Positions 30,020 through 54,534 of a stretch of DNA of 64,000 nucleotides are shown here, piece after piece. Made by a program: the position numbers and the translations under genes. Source of the DNA: the human T2T-CHM13v2.0 reference genome, Homo sapiens; assembly GCF_009914755.1 (NCBI RefSeq), contig NC_060936.1; one strand, written 5' to 3'. How positions within the stretch are numbered: position 1 is the first letter of the stretch; each line of letters opens with the position of its first letter. Under the pieces are notes generated by a model. It saw nothing but the letters and a program-made list of their open reading frames with translations. It had not been told where the DNA came from and searched no databases.

Positions 30020-30974
30020 CGCGCCCCGCCTCCTCTCCGCGCGCCCCTCCTCTCCGCGCGCCCCTCCTCCTCTCCGCTCGCCCCTCCTCCTCTCCGCGCG
30101 CCCCTCCTCTCCGCGCGCCCCTCCTCTCCGCGCGCCCCTCCTCCTCTCCGCGCGCCCCTCCTCCTCTCCGCGCGCCCCGCCTCCTCTCCGCGCGCCCCGC
30201 CTCCTCTCCGCGCGCCCCGCCTCCTCTCCGCGCGCCCCGCCTCCTCTCCGCGCGCCCCCTCCTCTCCGCGCGCCCCCTCCTCTCCGCGCGCCCCGCCTCC
30301 TCTCCGCGCGCCCCGCCTCCTCTCCGCGCGCCCCGCCTCCTCTCCGCGCGCCCCTCCTCCTCTCCGCTCGCCCCTCCTCTCCGCTCGCCCCTCCTCCTCT
30401 CCGCGCGCCCCTCCTCTCCGCGCGCCCCTCCTCTCCGCGCGCCCCTCCTCCTCTCCGCTCGCCCCTCCTCTCCGCTCGCCCCTCCTCTCCGCGCGCCCCT
30501 CCTCCTCTCCGCGCGCCCCTCCTCCTCTCCGCGCGCCCCTCCTCTCCGCGCGCCCCTCCTCTCCGCGCGCCCCGCCTCCTCTCCGCGCGCCCCGCCTCCT
30601 CTCCGCGCGCCCCGCCTCCTCTCCGCGCGCCCCCTCCTCTCCGCGCGCCCCCTCCTCTCCGCGCGCCCCGCCTCCTCTCCGCGCGCCCCGCCTCCTCTCC
30701 GCGCGCCCCCTCCTCTCCGCGCGCCCCCTCCTCTCCGCGCGCCCCGCCTCCTCTCCGCGCGCCCCGCCTCCTCTCCGCGCGCCCCCTCCTCTCCGCGCGC
30801 CCCTCCTCCTCTCCGCGCGCCCCCTCCTCTCCGCGCGCCCCCTCCTCTCCGCGCGCCCCCTCCTCTCCGCGCGCCCCCTCCTCTCCGCTCGCCCCTCCTC
30901 TCCGCGCGCCCCTCCTCTCCGCTCGCCCCTCCTCTCCGCGCGCCCCTGCTCCTCTCCGCGCGCCCCTCCTCTCC
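30020..30974. repeat. CpG-rich VNTR, 17-20-bp unit CCTCCTCTCCGCGCGCC(C)(G/T)
   Basis: ~50 variant units by eye; no A on the + strand. Confidence 0.97.
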
Positions 30975-31178
30975 ACCCACAGTCAGGATGCAGGAGGTTT
31001 CCAAGTTTGCATCCTCACTGTTGCTCTTCCTGCTCTGAGAAACCCTCCTAGCGACCAGGCTGACTGGCCTCCTCTGCTGTGAGTGAGGGTCCTGGCCTCC
31101 TGGCGTCCCTACGGTGGCCACAGCCCTCACAGTCGCTTCCTCACCTGGGCCCAGACCGCGGGCTCTCGGGACCCTTCA

Positions 31179-32200
<1,022 letters not shown>

Positions 32201-33634
32201 CCACACTTCTTCCAGATGCTTTCAAGTTTGATGGGTTATGTTTACCTATTCTGTTCTGTCTTTTAAAAATTATCATTTTGTTAGAACTTGAGGATGAGTG
32301 GTCAAAATAACAACGATCACGTTGCGGCGTATCTGGCTTGTTCTCACTGTTAGGGTGGAAGCAACGGTTTCTCAGGATTTCGCTACAAGGATCGTCTCAG
32401 CCTTCTTGGACTGCCGTGCGGAACACCACACACCCAGCAGCTAAAATAATGACATTGAGATCCGCGTGCCAGCAGGACAAGCTCCATGAGGGCCCCCCTC
32501 TGGGTTGCAGGCAGCTGCCTTCCCAGGGCGTCCTCCCCCGGCAGGTGGGCATGGCAGGGCAGGGGGAGCTGGCACGCTCGGCTCTGTTGTCTTTTTCTCA
32601 CAGTGCGTGACTGTTTACCACCGCGGTCACCTGGAGCCTCTTATTACAAGGGCGTGAATTCCCTTCTCATAAGGCCCCTCACGGCCTCATCAAAACCTCA
32701 GTCACCTCCCAGAACCCCACTCCAGTCCCGTCACGCTGGGGCTCAGGGCCTGAACCCATGAATGCGAGGACACGATCAGTCCACAGCAAGGCTGTGTCCC
32801 CGAGGAGCAGGGGCGGACCCTGGCCACACTCTGGCCAGGCAGCGGCCGGGAGAGGGGGCCCATGCGGAAGGAACAGCCAGGCAGAGGCCGGGAGAGGGCG
32901 CCCATGTGGAAGGAACGGACAGGCGCACTCAGAAGCGGTGGCGTCTGACGCCCTTTCACGATGTTGTTTCGTTTTGTAATTTTCTTAGACTTCCAAATTC
33001 ATAGTGAAGTTGACCCAACATGACAACAAACAGGATTCGAGGGGTTTGGACAGATGGGGGGATCATCGGTATCCTGGGGCCGGCAGCCTCACACTGATAG
33101 ATGGTTCTGGAACTGCCCACCGGCAGCCCCTCTGCCATGGGTGGGTGCAGCGGGGGCTTCCCGGTTCAGTGGCTCCCCTGGCCGCGTAGACCCAGAGGTG
33201 CTTCCCTCTAGCGCACAGTGCTGCTGGCCCCGCTGTGGGCCCCCGGCCTCAACCCAGAGAGCTTCTCCAAATCAGTGGCTGTGGCCCCACCGTCTCCCGA
33301 GCGCCAGGCAGGGAACCCCTTCTGCATCCACCCTGGGGGCTGCCTGCTGGGCTCACTTTGCTCCTCCTGGAACCAGCGCACAACCCCTCACCGTAGACGC
33401 CCCTGTCCCCATGTTGGTGTGGCGTCTGCCGCCAACTGACTCTGACAAACACACGGTTGATGTTTCTGTGAAGTTTGGGAAAATAAGATCTTTTCACTGT
33501 ACTGGGTCAAGACCTGTCCCTACTCGGCACGGCCCCCGTGTGCTTCCGGTATCTCTGCGGGAGGAGGAGCGCCAAGCAGCCGGGAGCTACCTGTGGGGAA
33601 GGTGAGTTGAGGAAGCTTTTCCCTGGTGTTGCTG

Positions 33635-33910
33635 GGCTCACCCCCGTGGGAATGGGCCCCGCGCCATGGCTCACTTCCATGGGGACGGCCCCCATTCCCT
33701 GGGTCACCCCCGTGAGGACGGCCCCCGAGCCCTGGCTCGCCCCCATGGGGTCGGTCCCCACTCCCTGGCTCACCCCCATGGGGTCGGCCCCCACTCCCTG
33801 GCTCACCCCCGTGGGGTCGGCCCCCGAGCCCTGGCTCACCTCTGTGGGGACAGCCTGCAAACCTCAGCTCACCCACATAGGGATGGCCCCCGTGCTGGGC
33901 TCACCCATCT
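33635..33910. repeat. 33-bp VNTR, ~8 copies
   Basis: tggctcacccccatggggtcggcccccactccc. Confidence 0.9.
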
Positions 33911-34316
33911 GACATCAACATGAAGGTAGGAGCCTGATGGTGTCTCCGACGTGTCCTGCTGGCATTGGGCAATCCTGTTTGAAGATTCCGGATCTAGACA
34001 CTGGGGTGTGGGACGGCTTCAGACAGGTAGAGGTGTGCGTGGAAAATTCAGTTCTCAGCAGCTTCTAATCAGGATGGAGGTTTGTTTTGACTTCTTATGG
34101 GAATCGCGTGATGGCGGCTGTGTCTGTCGCCCACACACGCCCAGGGAGGTTCACACCTGAGCAACTTGTATCCACAGAAAACATCGCTCAGCCCCATCCG
34201 TGGGAAGACTAAGTTGATTTTCCATTCTCCCATAGAAAACGTTACCAAATTGCCGTTTTGTAAACGTGATCCAAGGCTGTGCAGTCAGGAACTTTAGGGT
34301 AAAAAACGTGCTGTGC

Positions 34317-34554
34317 GATTCTGTGTGTGACGCCGCCTGTGTGAGCCTCCGATTCTGTGTGTGACGCCGCCTGTGTGAGCCTCCGATTCTGTGTGTGACG
34401 CCGCCTGTGTGAGCCTCCGATTCTGTGTGTGACGCCGCCTGTGTGAGCCTCCGATTCTGTGTGTGACGCCGCCTGTGTGAGCCTCCGATTCTGTGTGTGA
34501 CGCCGCCTGTGTGAGCCTCCGATTCTGTGTGTGATGCTGCCTATGTGAGCTTCC
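34317..34554. repeat. 34-bp VNTR, 6 perfect copies plus 1 degenerate
   Basis: gattctgtgtgtgacgccgcctgtgtgagcctcc. Confidence 0.97.
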
Positions 34555-35339
34555 TACACTCATGGTGTGCTGGGTCTTTCACCGTAAGTATGTTCAGTTT
34601 TAGGCCTAACACTGTGTTCATAATGTCATATGACTTTTCTTAAGGAAGTCGCCAAAACTATGTAACTTCAGGCTGTGCAGAGTTGACCGCGGCCAGGTGT
34701 TCCTGCCCCTGCAGGTCTCTCCTGGGGGAGCCTCAGATGGTCCGGCAGTCACAGAGATGGAAATTGTTTATGATTAGTTAGGAAAGGAAGACCCACGTGC
34801 CAGGGAAGGACTCGGGAACAAGACAAAAACAAATACACAGCAGCCCAGGCTGAAAACGGCAGGGATGGGGTGGGCTGGGGACGGAGGCATTTCCGGGAAG
34901 GTCAGGCAGATGGAATCAGAAACCGAACGAGGCAGAGAGACCCGCCCCCAGCCGCGCAGAGCCCAGTGCTGCCCTGGGGAGTCAGCGGCCAGAAGAGTTC
35001 TCGGCCTGAACCAGGGATCCTCCGAGGGGAGGGGAGGTGACCATGGAAGCTCAGCCAGGGCCTGGGGAAGGGGAAGGGGCCTGGGCTTGCGTCCCGGACG
35101 CGGGTGCCTATGTGCTGAGGACTGCCCATGCCAGGGACAGGGAGGGAGCGATTTTTACCTGCGGTGACCACACGGGCTTGCACCCCTTTATTTGACGCCC
35201 CTGCAGTGTGGGGAGGTGACAGCAAACCCGATACTCTGGCCCTGGCCTCGCCTCCCACAGCATGGCCTGTGCCTCCCCAGGCTTCCCAGAAGGCCGCTCT
35301 GGCACGGACCCAGCCGACACCACCTCTCTGTGACCTCCA

Positions 35340-35651
35340 GGTTTCCTTCAGATTTTATGCTTTTATTATTCAAAACACAGAAGGGGTGAGACACGGCTGC
35401 TCAGTCGGCCAGGAGCCTTTATTGATGTTTAACAATCAGGCTACACCCCAGTGCCTGGGATTTGTTCTCACAGACACTTCGCGCCACCAGGCTGGTCACA
35501 GCCTTTCAGTTCCCACAGATTTTCAGAGCCCCAGAAACAGCAGCACAAACCGTAAGGGAAGCTTCCGCTGGAACCAGCCCCCGCGCAACGCGGTCCTGCG
35601 TGAACATCCCAGGGCCCAGGCCGGTCCCTCGCGCCCAGGTTCGAGCTCACA

Positions 35652-35654
<3 letters not shown>
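35340..35654 (-). other. LRCOL1: LRCOL1 terminal exon (stop codon plus 3'UTR)
   Basis: ttggcttctccttcag|TGA; minus-strand AATAAA at 35423-35418, 35367-35362 and 35192-35187. Confidence 0.75.
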
Positions 35655-38645
<2,991 letters not shown>

Positions 38646-39825
38646 TTAATGGACTTTATTTTCTAAAGCAGTTTTATGCTTACAAAAAAAGTGCAGAAAA
38701 TATAATTCTCATATGCCACCTTCTTTCCCCTGCCTCAGTTTCCCCTATTATAAACATGCTGCACTCGTGTGACACATCTGTCCACCATTGATAGACCCAC
38801 AGGGACGTGCCATCATCACCCGGAGTCCACAGCTCAGCCGGTGTGTGCCTGCTGCGGGTTTGGGTGAGTGCGTTCTCATAACTGCCATTTCAGTATCCTG
38901 CAAAGCCGATCCGATGCCCTAAACATCCCCGTGCCCCGTCTATTCGCTCCTCCCTCCCCAGCTGCTGACAGCCACCGAGCTTTTCACTGTCAGCTTGGTT
39001 TTGCCTTCTCCAGAATCCCGTTTGGTTGGAATCGGTCTGTAGCCTTTTCGGGTTGGCTTATTTCACTAAGTGCCATTTAAGGTTCCTCTGTGGCTTTTCG
39101 TGGCATAATGACTCATTTCTTTTTAGCACTGCATGGAAAATGGATTTTTTTTAACACATCGAGGCAAAACGTGAAAAATGGATTTTGAAGAAGACTTTTC
39201 CCAGCGGACAGTGGTTCCCCTGATGAATTTGAACGTGAGCACCTGCTGTGAGCGGGAGCGGGGGCCTCAGCCTGGGGTCCCTCCTGGAGGGGCCCTTGCT
39301 GCCCAGCCCCGCAGCAGTGCGGGCATCAGATGAAGCAGCGGCATTGCCCTGCGTGTGGTCAGCGGCCAAGCTATGCTCATTGTGAGCCCCATGCCCGGAC
39401 GGCGCTGCCCCCACCACAGCGACCGGCCCAGTACAGGGTGGATGACAGGAACCCTTCCTCGGGACTCTTCCAGCCGGGCCCAGGCGGAGACGTCATTAGG
39501 AGGGTCTCTCTTTTCCTCCTGGGTTCCAAAGCCATACGGGAAAACCCAGTAGACTCCACAATTCATGAAAACTGACAGGAGAGGCCAGACCAAGATCAAC
39601 ACAAAATTCAAAACGATTTCTCCACACTGGCCATAAATAACCAGAAAATAGAAAATGAACACCATGCACGATAACAAGATAAACCATTCGTTATGTAAGA
39701 TGAAGGGCGAATATGAAGTCCACACAAAGAAAGTCCACCCTTGGCCTCCCCCTCGGCTCCCTCACCCCGTGCTGTGAGACCACATATCACTCAGGGCTGC
39801 GCTAGGGCCAGGGGGCTGGGCAGGG

Positions 39826-40262
39826 TCTCCCTGTCTCTCTGTCTCTGCCTCTGTCTCTCCCTGTCTCTCTGTCTCTCCCTCTGTCTCCCTCTCTCTGTCT
39901 CTTTCTGTCTCTGTCTCTTTCTGTCTCTGTCTCTCTCTGCCTCTCTGTCTCTGTCTCTCCCTCTGTCTCTGTCTCTCTCTGTCTCTCCCTCTCTTTCTCT
40001 GCCTCTCCCTCTCTCTGTCTCTGTCTCCCTCTCTCTGTCTCTTTCTGTCTCTGTCTCTTTCTGTCTCTGTCTCTCTCTGCCTCTCTGTCTCTGTCTCTCC
40101 CTCTGTCTCTGTCTCTCTGTCTCTCCCTCTCTCCGTCTGTCTCTCTCTGTCTCTCCCTCTCTTTCTCTGCCTCTCCCTCTCTCTGTCTCTTTCTGTCTCC
40201 CTGTCTCTGTCTCTCTCTGTCTCTGTCTCTCTCTGTCTCTGTCTCTCTCTGTCTCTGTCTCT
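39826..40262. repeat. (TC)-rich low-complexity tract
   Basis: TCTCTG/TCTCCC units. Confidence 0.95.
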
Positions 40263-40797
40263 TGAATCCCCTTGATTATTATTTTTCTTAAATTCCTCAT
40301 GTTATCTCGCGTGCACTCAGGGGAAAGGTGGAGCTCTGGCCACAACCTATAGCCACCTGCTGGGGAAGCCGCAGCAGATCAGGACTCAGTCAGTGACCCC
40401 ACTCCACACTCAAGACCAGCCAGAGGAACCCAAATATGGATGCCCACCTCCCCCATGCCCATCGCAGGGGCAGCTGAGCCCCGGCAGTGGCCTCCCCACG
40501 TGATCAGTCCCCGCACCCACACCTCTGCCTGCGGCTGGGCAGCCTCCCCGCTCCCAGCACTCCCTCCTGTCTTTCCTGCCACTGCGTGAGCACCACGAGG
40601 TCAGGAACTGATTTTACCTCCCTCACAGGAAGTCAAAGGTCAAAGGTCTTAGATGCCCCTGGCACCTGATCCTGGAGCCCTGACCCCAGACAAATGAGTC
40701 ATGTCGACACTTTCCAAGATGAATGGCCACATCCCCAGCCATCAGGCAAACTTAGTAAGCCCTGTTTCCAATCATATCAAGCCTGTTCAATATAACT

Positions 40798-41948
<1,151 letters not shown>

Positions 41949-42542
41949 TTAAAGGTATTTTACCACAATAAAAGCAAAGGTCACAGGCAGACCTCATGAG
42001 TGCCCTGGAGGTGCTGTTGCCCCTGGGATGGAAGCTCATTATTTTCAAATGTTCTATATATGGGGGTCTCTATTCCGGGACATTTGCTTAAAAATCTCTT
42101 GGATCAGACCCTTCTTCAGTTTTTCCTGCAATTATCAATATCTAGTTTGTTTCTATAGTAGTTCAATCAGCTAAGTAAAAAGCTCGATGCTAAATCTTGT
42201 CAAAGACATTGCAAATCTCCATAGATCGTCTGCGAAACCACAGCTTTCATGTTTTGAGCGTAAGACCCTGGGGCTGGTGCTGTAACCCCTGCCCAGACTC
42301 TTCTGAGTTTCGGCGGCCCAGCAGGGCAGGGCCGGGCACCTGGCAGGTGGGGTCATCCCCACAGGGCACCCCGGCCGAGGGCAGAGCTGGTTCCGCCGCA
42401 GGGTCGATCCTGGGCTCTGGGCTGTGCACACGTCCTATTGACACCCCGAGGACAGGACGTGCGAGTGACTCGTGAGATTGGGCCTCCCTTGCTGAAAACT
42501 TCCCTGGTGGCTGACAGCTGCGTGGACATTCAGCGGCCCTAC

Positions 42543-42760
42543 CTTTTTCCGTCAGGCGCCAGCAGCCCCTCTGTGTAGAGGTGAGACAGGCCAAGCTGCA
42601 GCTTCTAGACGAGACGCCCGAAAGCAGAGAAGTACCCAGAGCAGGGACCCGGCAGCCCGGCAGTACGCTGGGCACAGTCGCAGCCCCGCCTCTTCCTTCT
42701 CCGTCTTGTTCCCTCCTTCGGTCCCAGGAGAAAGACGCTCATCTCCCCACATGAGAGGCT
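42543..42760 (-). other. LRCOL1: Probable non-coding first exon of LRCOL1 (5' boundary uncertain)
   Basis: AAG|gtaggg donor at 42543/42542 in unique, locally CpG-enriched sequence; an upstream exon is required because the ATG exon has an acceptor. Confidence 0.45.
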
Positions 42761-43904
42761 CAGTGTAGGCGTCTGGACAGGGGCCAGTCCCACAAGGCTA
42801 CTGACTCCGGACCACAAAGAAGCTGGAAGCAGCAGCTCCGCCTCTGCAGCCAATTGCAGAGCTTTTTTCTCTGTGTTCTGCCCCCACTTCCAACTCAGGA
42901 CCAACCAGAGGACGCCAAACACGTCCTATCACCAACCACCGGACACCTGACTCTCCATCAGCCGCCCCTGCCTTCCCCACAGCATCCCCACCACCCTAAG
43001 CGGAGGGACCTGTGCCCCTCCCCCTGCCTGCTGATCTCAGGGTGGGGCGCTCCCAAGCTCCGAACTCAGAGCCTGGGCTTGCTGTCGTCTGGGTGGTCTT
43101 TCTTTATCTCCACATGCATCTGCTTATGCAGTACACACGTATGGGCTGTTTGCTCGTTATTTATTTGTGATCGACCATGTGCCAGGCGCCGCGGCAGGCT
43201 CAGCGGGGGAGCAGGCTGTGCCCCGGTGTCAACTTGGTGCTCTCAGTCCAGTGCAAGAGCTGGGCCTGGCAACGAACACACTGCGCAGAGAGTGGTGGGC
43301 GTCGTTAGGGGCACGACGGAGGTGCCAGGGGGACACCGCACAGCAGGGATGCCAGGGAGACTTCACAGAGACACCTGCAGGACACCTGCTGCCAGGAGCA
43401 CGGCCCAGTGGGGATGGGAGAGCGAGGAGAGCGCCGGGCACGGGGAGGAGGGGCGGGGCACGGCCCAGTGTCTGGGGAGCTGAGGCGGGGAGGGTGGGGA
43501 GGCCAGGGACAGCCCAGGGGGACACTAGAGAGGGCGGGGAGGAGCCAGCCCTGGAGCTCGAGTGCCAGTCATGCTGCCCTTTTGAACGCCGAGACCATTA
43601 AAGGGGTCTCGGGTGAGAACCACAGGCAGGATGTGGAAGCTCCTGGGTGCATGGTGGCCTCTGTAATGGGCAGGGCGAGGCTGGAAGCGAGAGGACCCAT
43701 GCGATAGCATGCATGCCCGGCCAGAGGGGATAGGAGGCTCAGTCAGGCAGGGCTGGGGGAACAAGGAGCAGAGAGAGAGGCAGGGAAGAGCAGTGGGGAC
43801 GCTGAGGGGTGTGAATGTGGGGAGTCAGGGTGGGAATTCAGAGTGAGCCCTGGCCTCTGGCAACAGGAACGAGGAGCACATGTACCCAGTCTAATGCAGC
43901 ACCT

Positions 43905-44420
43905 GCACTGTCGACCACCAGAAAACAAAGCACCCAAAACTCAGTTAGCCCAAAAACATGACTTGTGATGGTCGCTGTGTCTGTGGGTTGACTGTGCTCA
44001 GCTGGGCGGTTCTCACACGTGTTGCTTAGGCATCAGCTTTCAGGTAGTTTGACTGTGCTCAGCTGGGCGGTTCTCACACGTGTTGCTTAGGCATCAGCTT
44101 TCAGGTAGCAGCTAGGCTGCCGACAATTATCTGAAGACTCAACAGGGCTGTGTCCAAGATGGCTCCTTCACTCCTGCATCTGGTAGCTGGAGGGACTGAT
44201 GGGCTGGGAGCCCATCAACTCTTCTCCTCTTCACGCGGCCCCCATGAGGCTCGCAGAGGCTTCCTCACAACATGACGGCCCCAGGGTGGCTAGCACCTTC
44301 CCCAGAGCAAGAGCCCCAGGAGGATCTGCAAGGCTTCTTCTGACCTACCCAGAGGTCACACAACATCACCTCAACCACATTCTATTGGCCAAAAGTGAGT
44401 CCCAGAGACAGCTCAGGGAC
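43905..44420. mobile_element. MaLR LTR (MLT1-like) fragment containing a perfect 61-bp tandem duplication
   Basis: caaagcacccaaaactcag..., ctcagctgggcggttct, ccacattctattggccaaaagtgagtc motifs. Confidence 0.6.
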
Positions 44421-44499
44421 TACACACTTCCTCACCCAGTGGAAGCGTGTAGGGCAGGAGGCAAGGGGAGGCAGGGCGGGATGGGGAGGGGAGGGGAGC

Positions 44500-46790
<2,291 letters not shown>

Positions 46791-47288
46791 GGAAGAAAGT
46801 TGTTAACTGGGTTTTTGTTTGTTTGTTTGTTGTTTTGCAGATATCCTTTAACAGACCTAAAGCTGTGTGATTTCTAGTAATCCACCTTTCAGAGCGTGAC
46901 TTCCACCCGTCTAAATCCCTGGGAGTGAACTCATGGAGTTCTGGGGGGAAAAAAAATCCTGGGAGGTCGGGTTGGCCACAAAGCCCAAGATGTTCCCCAA
47001 TTTACTAATTAGGTTAGAATTCCACACAACCAGCACCTCACCACCACCAAGAATTCTAATGGAAACTTTCTTCAGTGAAAACTAACTTCATTTATTTCAA
47101 GGCTGGTGCTAATTTTGGTTGTTGACTGCTTTGGCCTCCGATTATGGGAGGTATCCTGGGTGGGAACTGTCAGGGGAAGCTACTTGGAAGGCAGGACTGA
47201 GCCGGACCAAATTGCAAGATTCAAACCAGTGAGGAGGCCCAACAGCGGATTCTCCACAGACCCAGCAGAAGCTCTCGGGGGCTGGAAA

Positions 47289-47308
47289 AGGGCGCCACCT
47301 GGTGGCAT
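47289..47308 (-). promoter_or_regulatory. Candidate CTCF-binding site
   Basis: Minus strand ATGCCACCAGGTGGCGCCCT matches the CTCF core CCASYAGRKGGCRS. Confidence 0.7.
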
Positions 47309-47684
47309 CTGAGCAGAAGTCAGTGACACGTTTTCACCCACATGTCAGTACAGCTCCCGAAGCAGGTCCAGCGGAAAAGCTCCGGTATGAAGCTTTTCCC
47401 TTTACAGTGTGCTGTGAGGGTGTGTAACCACAGTTAATGGAAAGGGACCTCACTGGACTCAATCCAGTGACATCACACATGCCGTGTCTCCCACCCACAG
47501 AGAGAACTCCCAGGTCTTGAGTATGTGATGCCTGGAGCCTCATCTACCTTCTGAAGGCATCGTTCAGGCACGCTTTACATATGAGCAGTGTTTGGATTAT
47601 TAATTGGAAAGGTCAGAACACCGTTTCAGCGGGTATATGAAAGTGATAGCAGCGGTGTCTGGAACATAAAGGAGAGTGTGTTTG

Positions 47685-48105
47685 TCCACTCTTCCTAGGG
47701 ACACAGGGACGGGGACACTCCCCACTCTCCCCTGGGACACGGGAATGCTCTCCACTCTCCCCTGGGACACAGGGACGGGAACACTCTTCCCTGGGACACA
47801 TGGGGACGCTCCCCACTCTCCCCCGGGACACAGGGGGACACTGTCCACTCTCCCCTGGGACACACGGGGACACTGTCCATTCTCTCCCGGGACACACGGG
47901 GACGCTCTCCACTCTTCCCTGGGACACACGGGGATACTCTCCCCTGGGACATATGGGCTGTCCACTCTCCCCCGGGACACACGGGGACGCTCTCTAGTCT
48001 TCCCTGGGACACACGAGGACTCTCTCCACTCTTCCCTGGGACACATGGGGACACTCTCCAGTCTCCCCTGGGACACATGGGGACGCTCTCCACTCTCCCC
48101 TGGGA
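47685..48105. repeat. ~30-32-bp VNTR, ~13 copies
   Basis: ctctccactctcccctgggacacacggggac. Confidence 0.93.
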
Positions 48106-48109
48106 GTTC

Positions 48110-49887
<1,778 letters not shown>

Positions 49888-49889
49888 GT

Positions 49890-54131
<4,242 letters not shown>

Positions 54132-54528
54132 GCTCCTTTCCATCTCACTGGACTGCAGACCCGGCCTGGTGGGGCCAGAGAGTCCCCAGCTAGGGACCTG
54201 CACGTGGACGTGGGCACCTCAGTAGCGGAGCATCTCCACGAAACGGGGCACCACAGGATCCCTGTGCAAGGGCTGGGGGCACGCTCTGGCCCCAGGCTTG
54301 TGCCCCACCCTGGCATACAGCCCCTGACACCTCCTCCCCAGCTGGTCCCTACAGGGCTGCTCACTTCCCATCACCTCTCACAGCCACCTGGAACCCAAGC
54401 CAGCTGAGCTCTGAGGGGCTCTGCTCCCGGTCTTGGGCCCTGGGAACCCCACCCCACCCCACCCCACAGGCGTTGTAACCTTGAATCTGCCCAGACTCTT
54501 CCCTTAGAAGTCACAACATACTCAGTCC

Positions 54529-54534
54529 AATAAA
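54529..54534 (+). terminator. P2RX2: P2RX2 polyadenylation signal AATAAA
   Basis: Canonical hexamer ~400 nt after the stop codon. Confidence 0.85.

Noticed and set aside
29458-30974. SVA-like layout (CT-rich head followed by GC-rich VNTR)
   Set aside because: No (CCCTCT)n hexamer array, antisense Alu-like domain, SINE-R, poly-A tail or TSD; the unit differs from the SVA VNTR.
29336-31130. Long ORFs (571, 532, 374, 319 aa) on both strands
   Set aside because: Lacking A on one strand removes stop codons; the products are simple translations of the TC tract and VNTR.
34317-34554. CRISPR-like 34-bp direct repeats
   Set aside because: Repeats are head-to-tail with no unique spacers, there are no cas genes, and the context is human.
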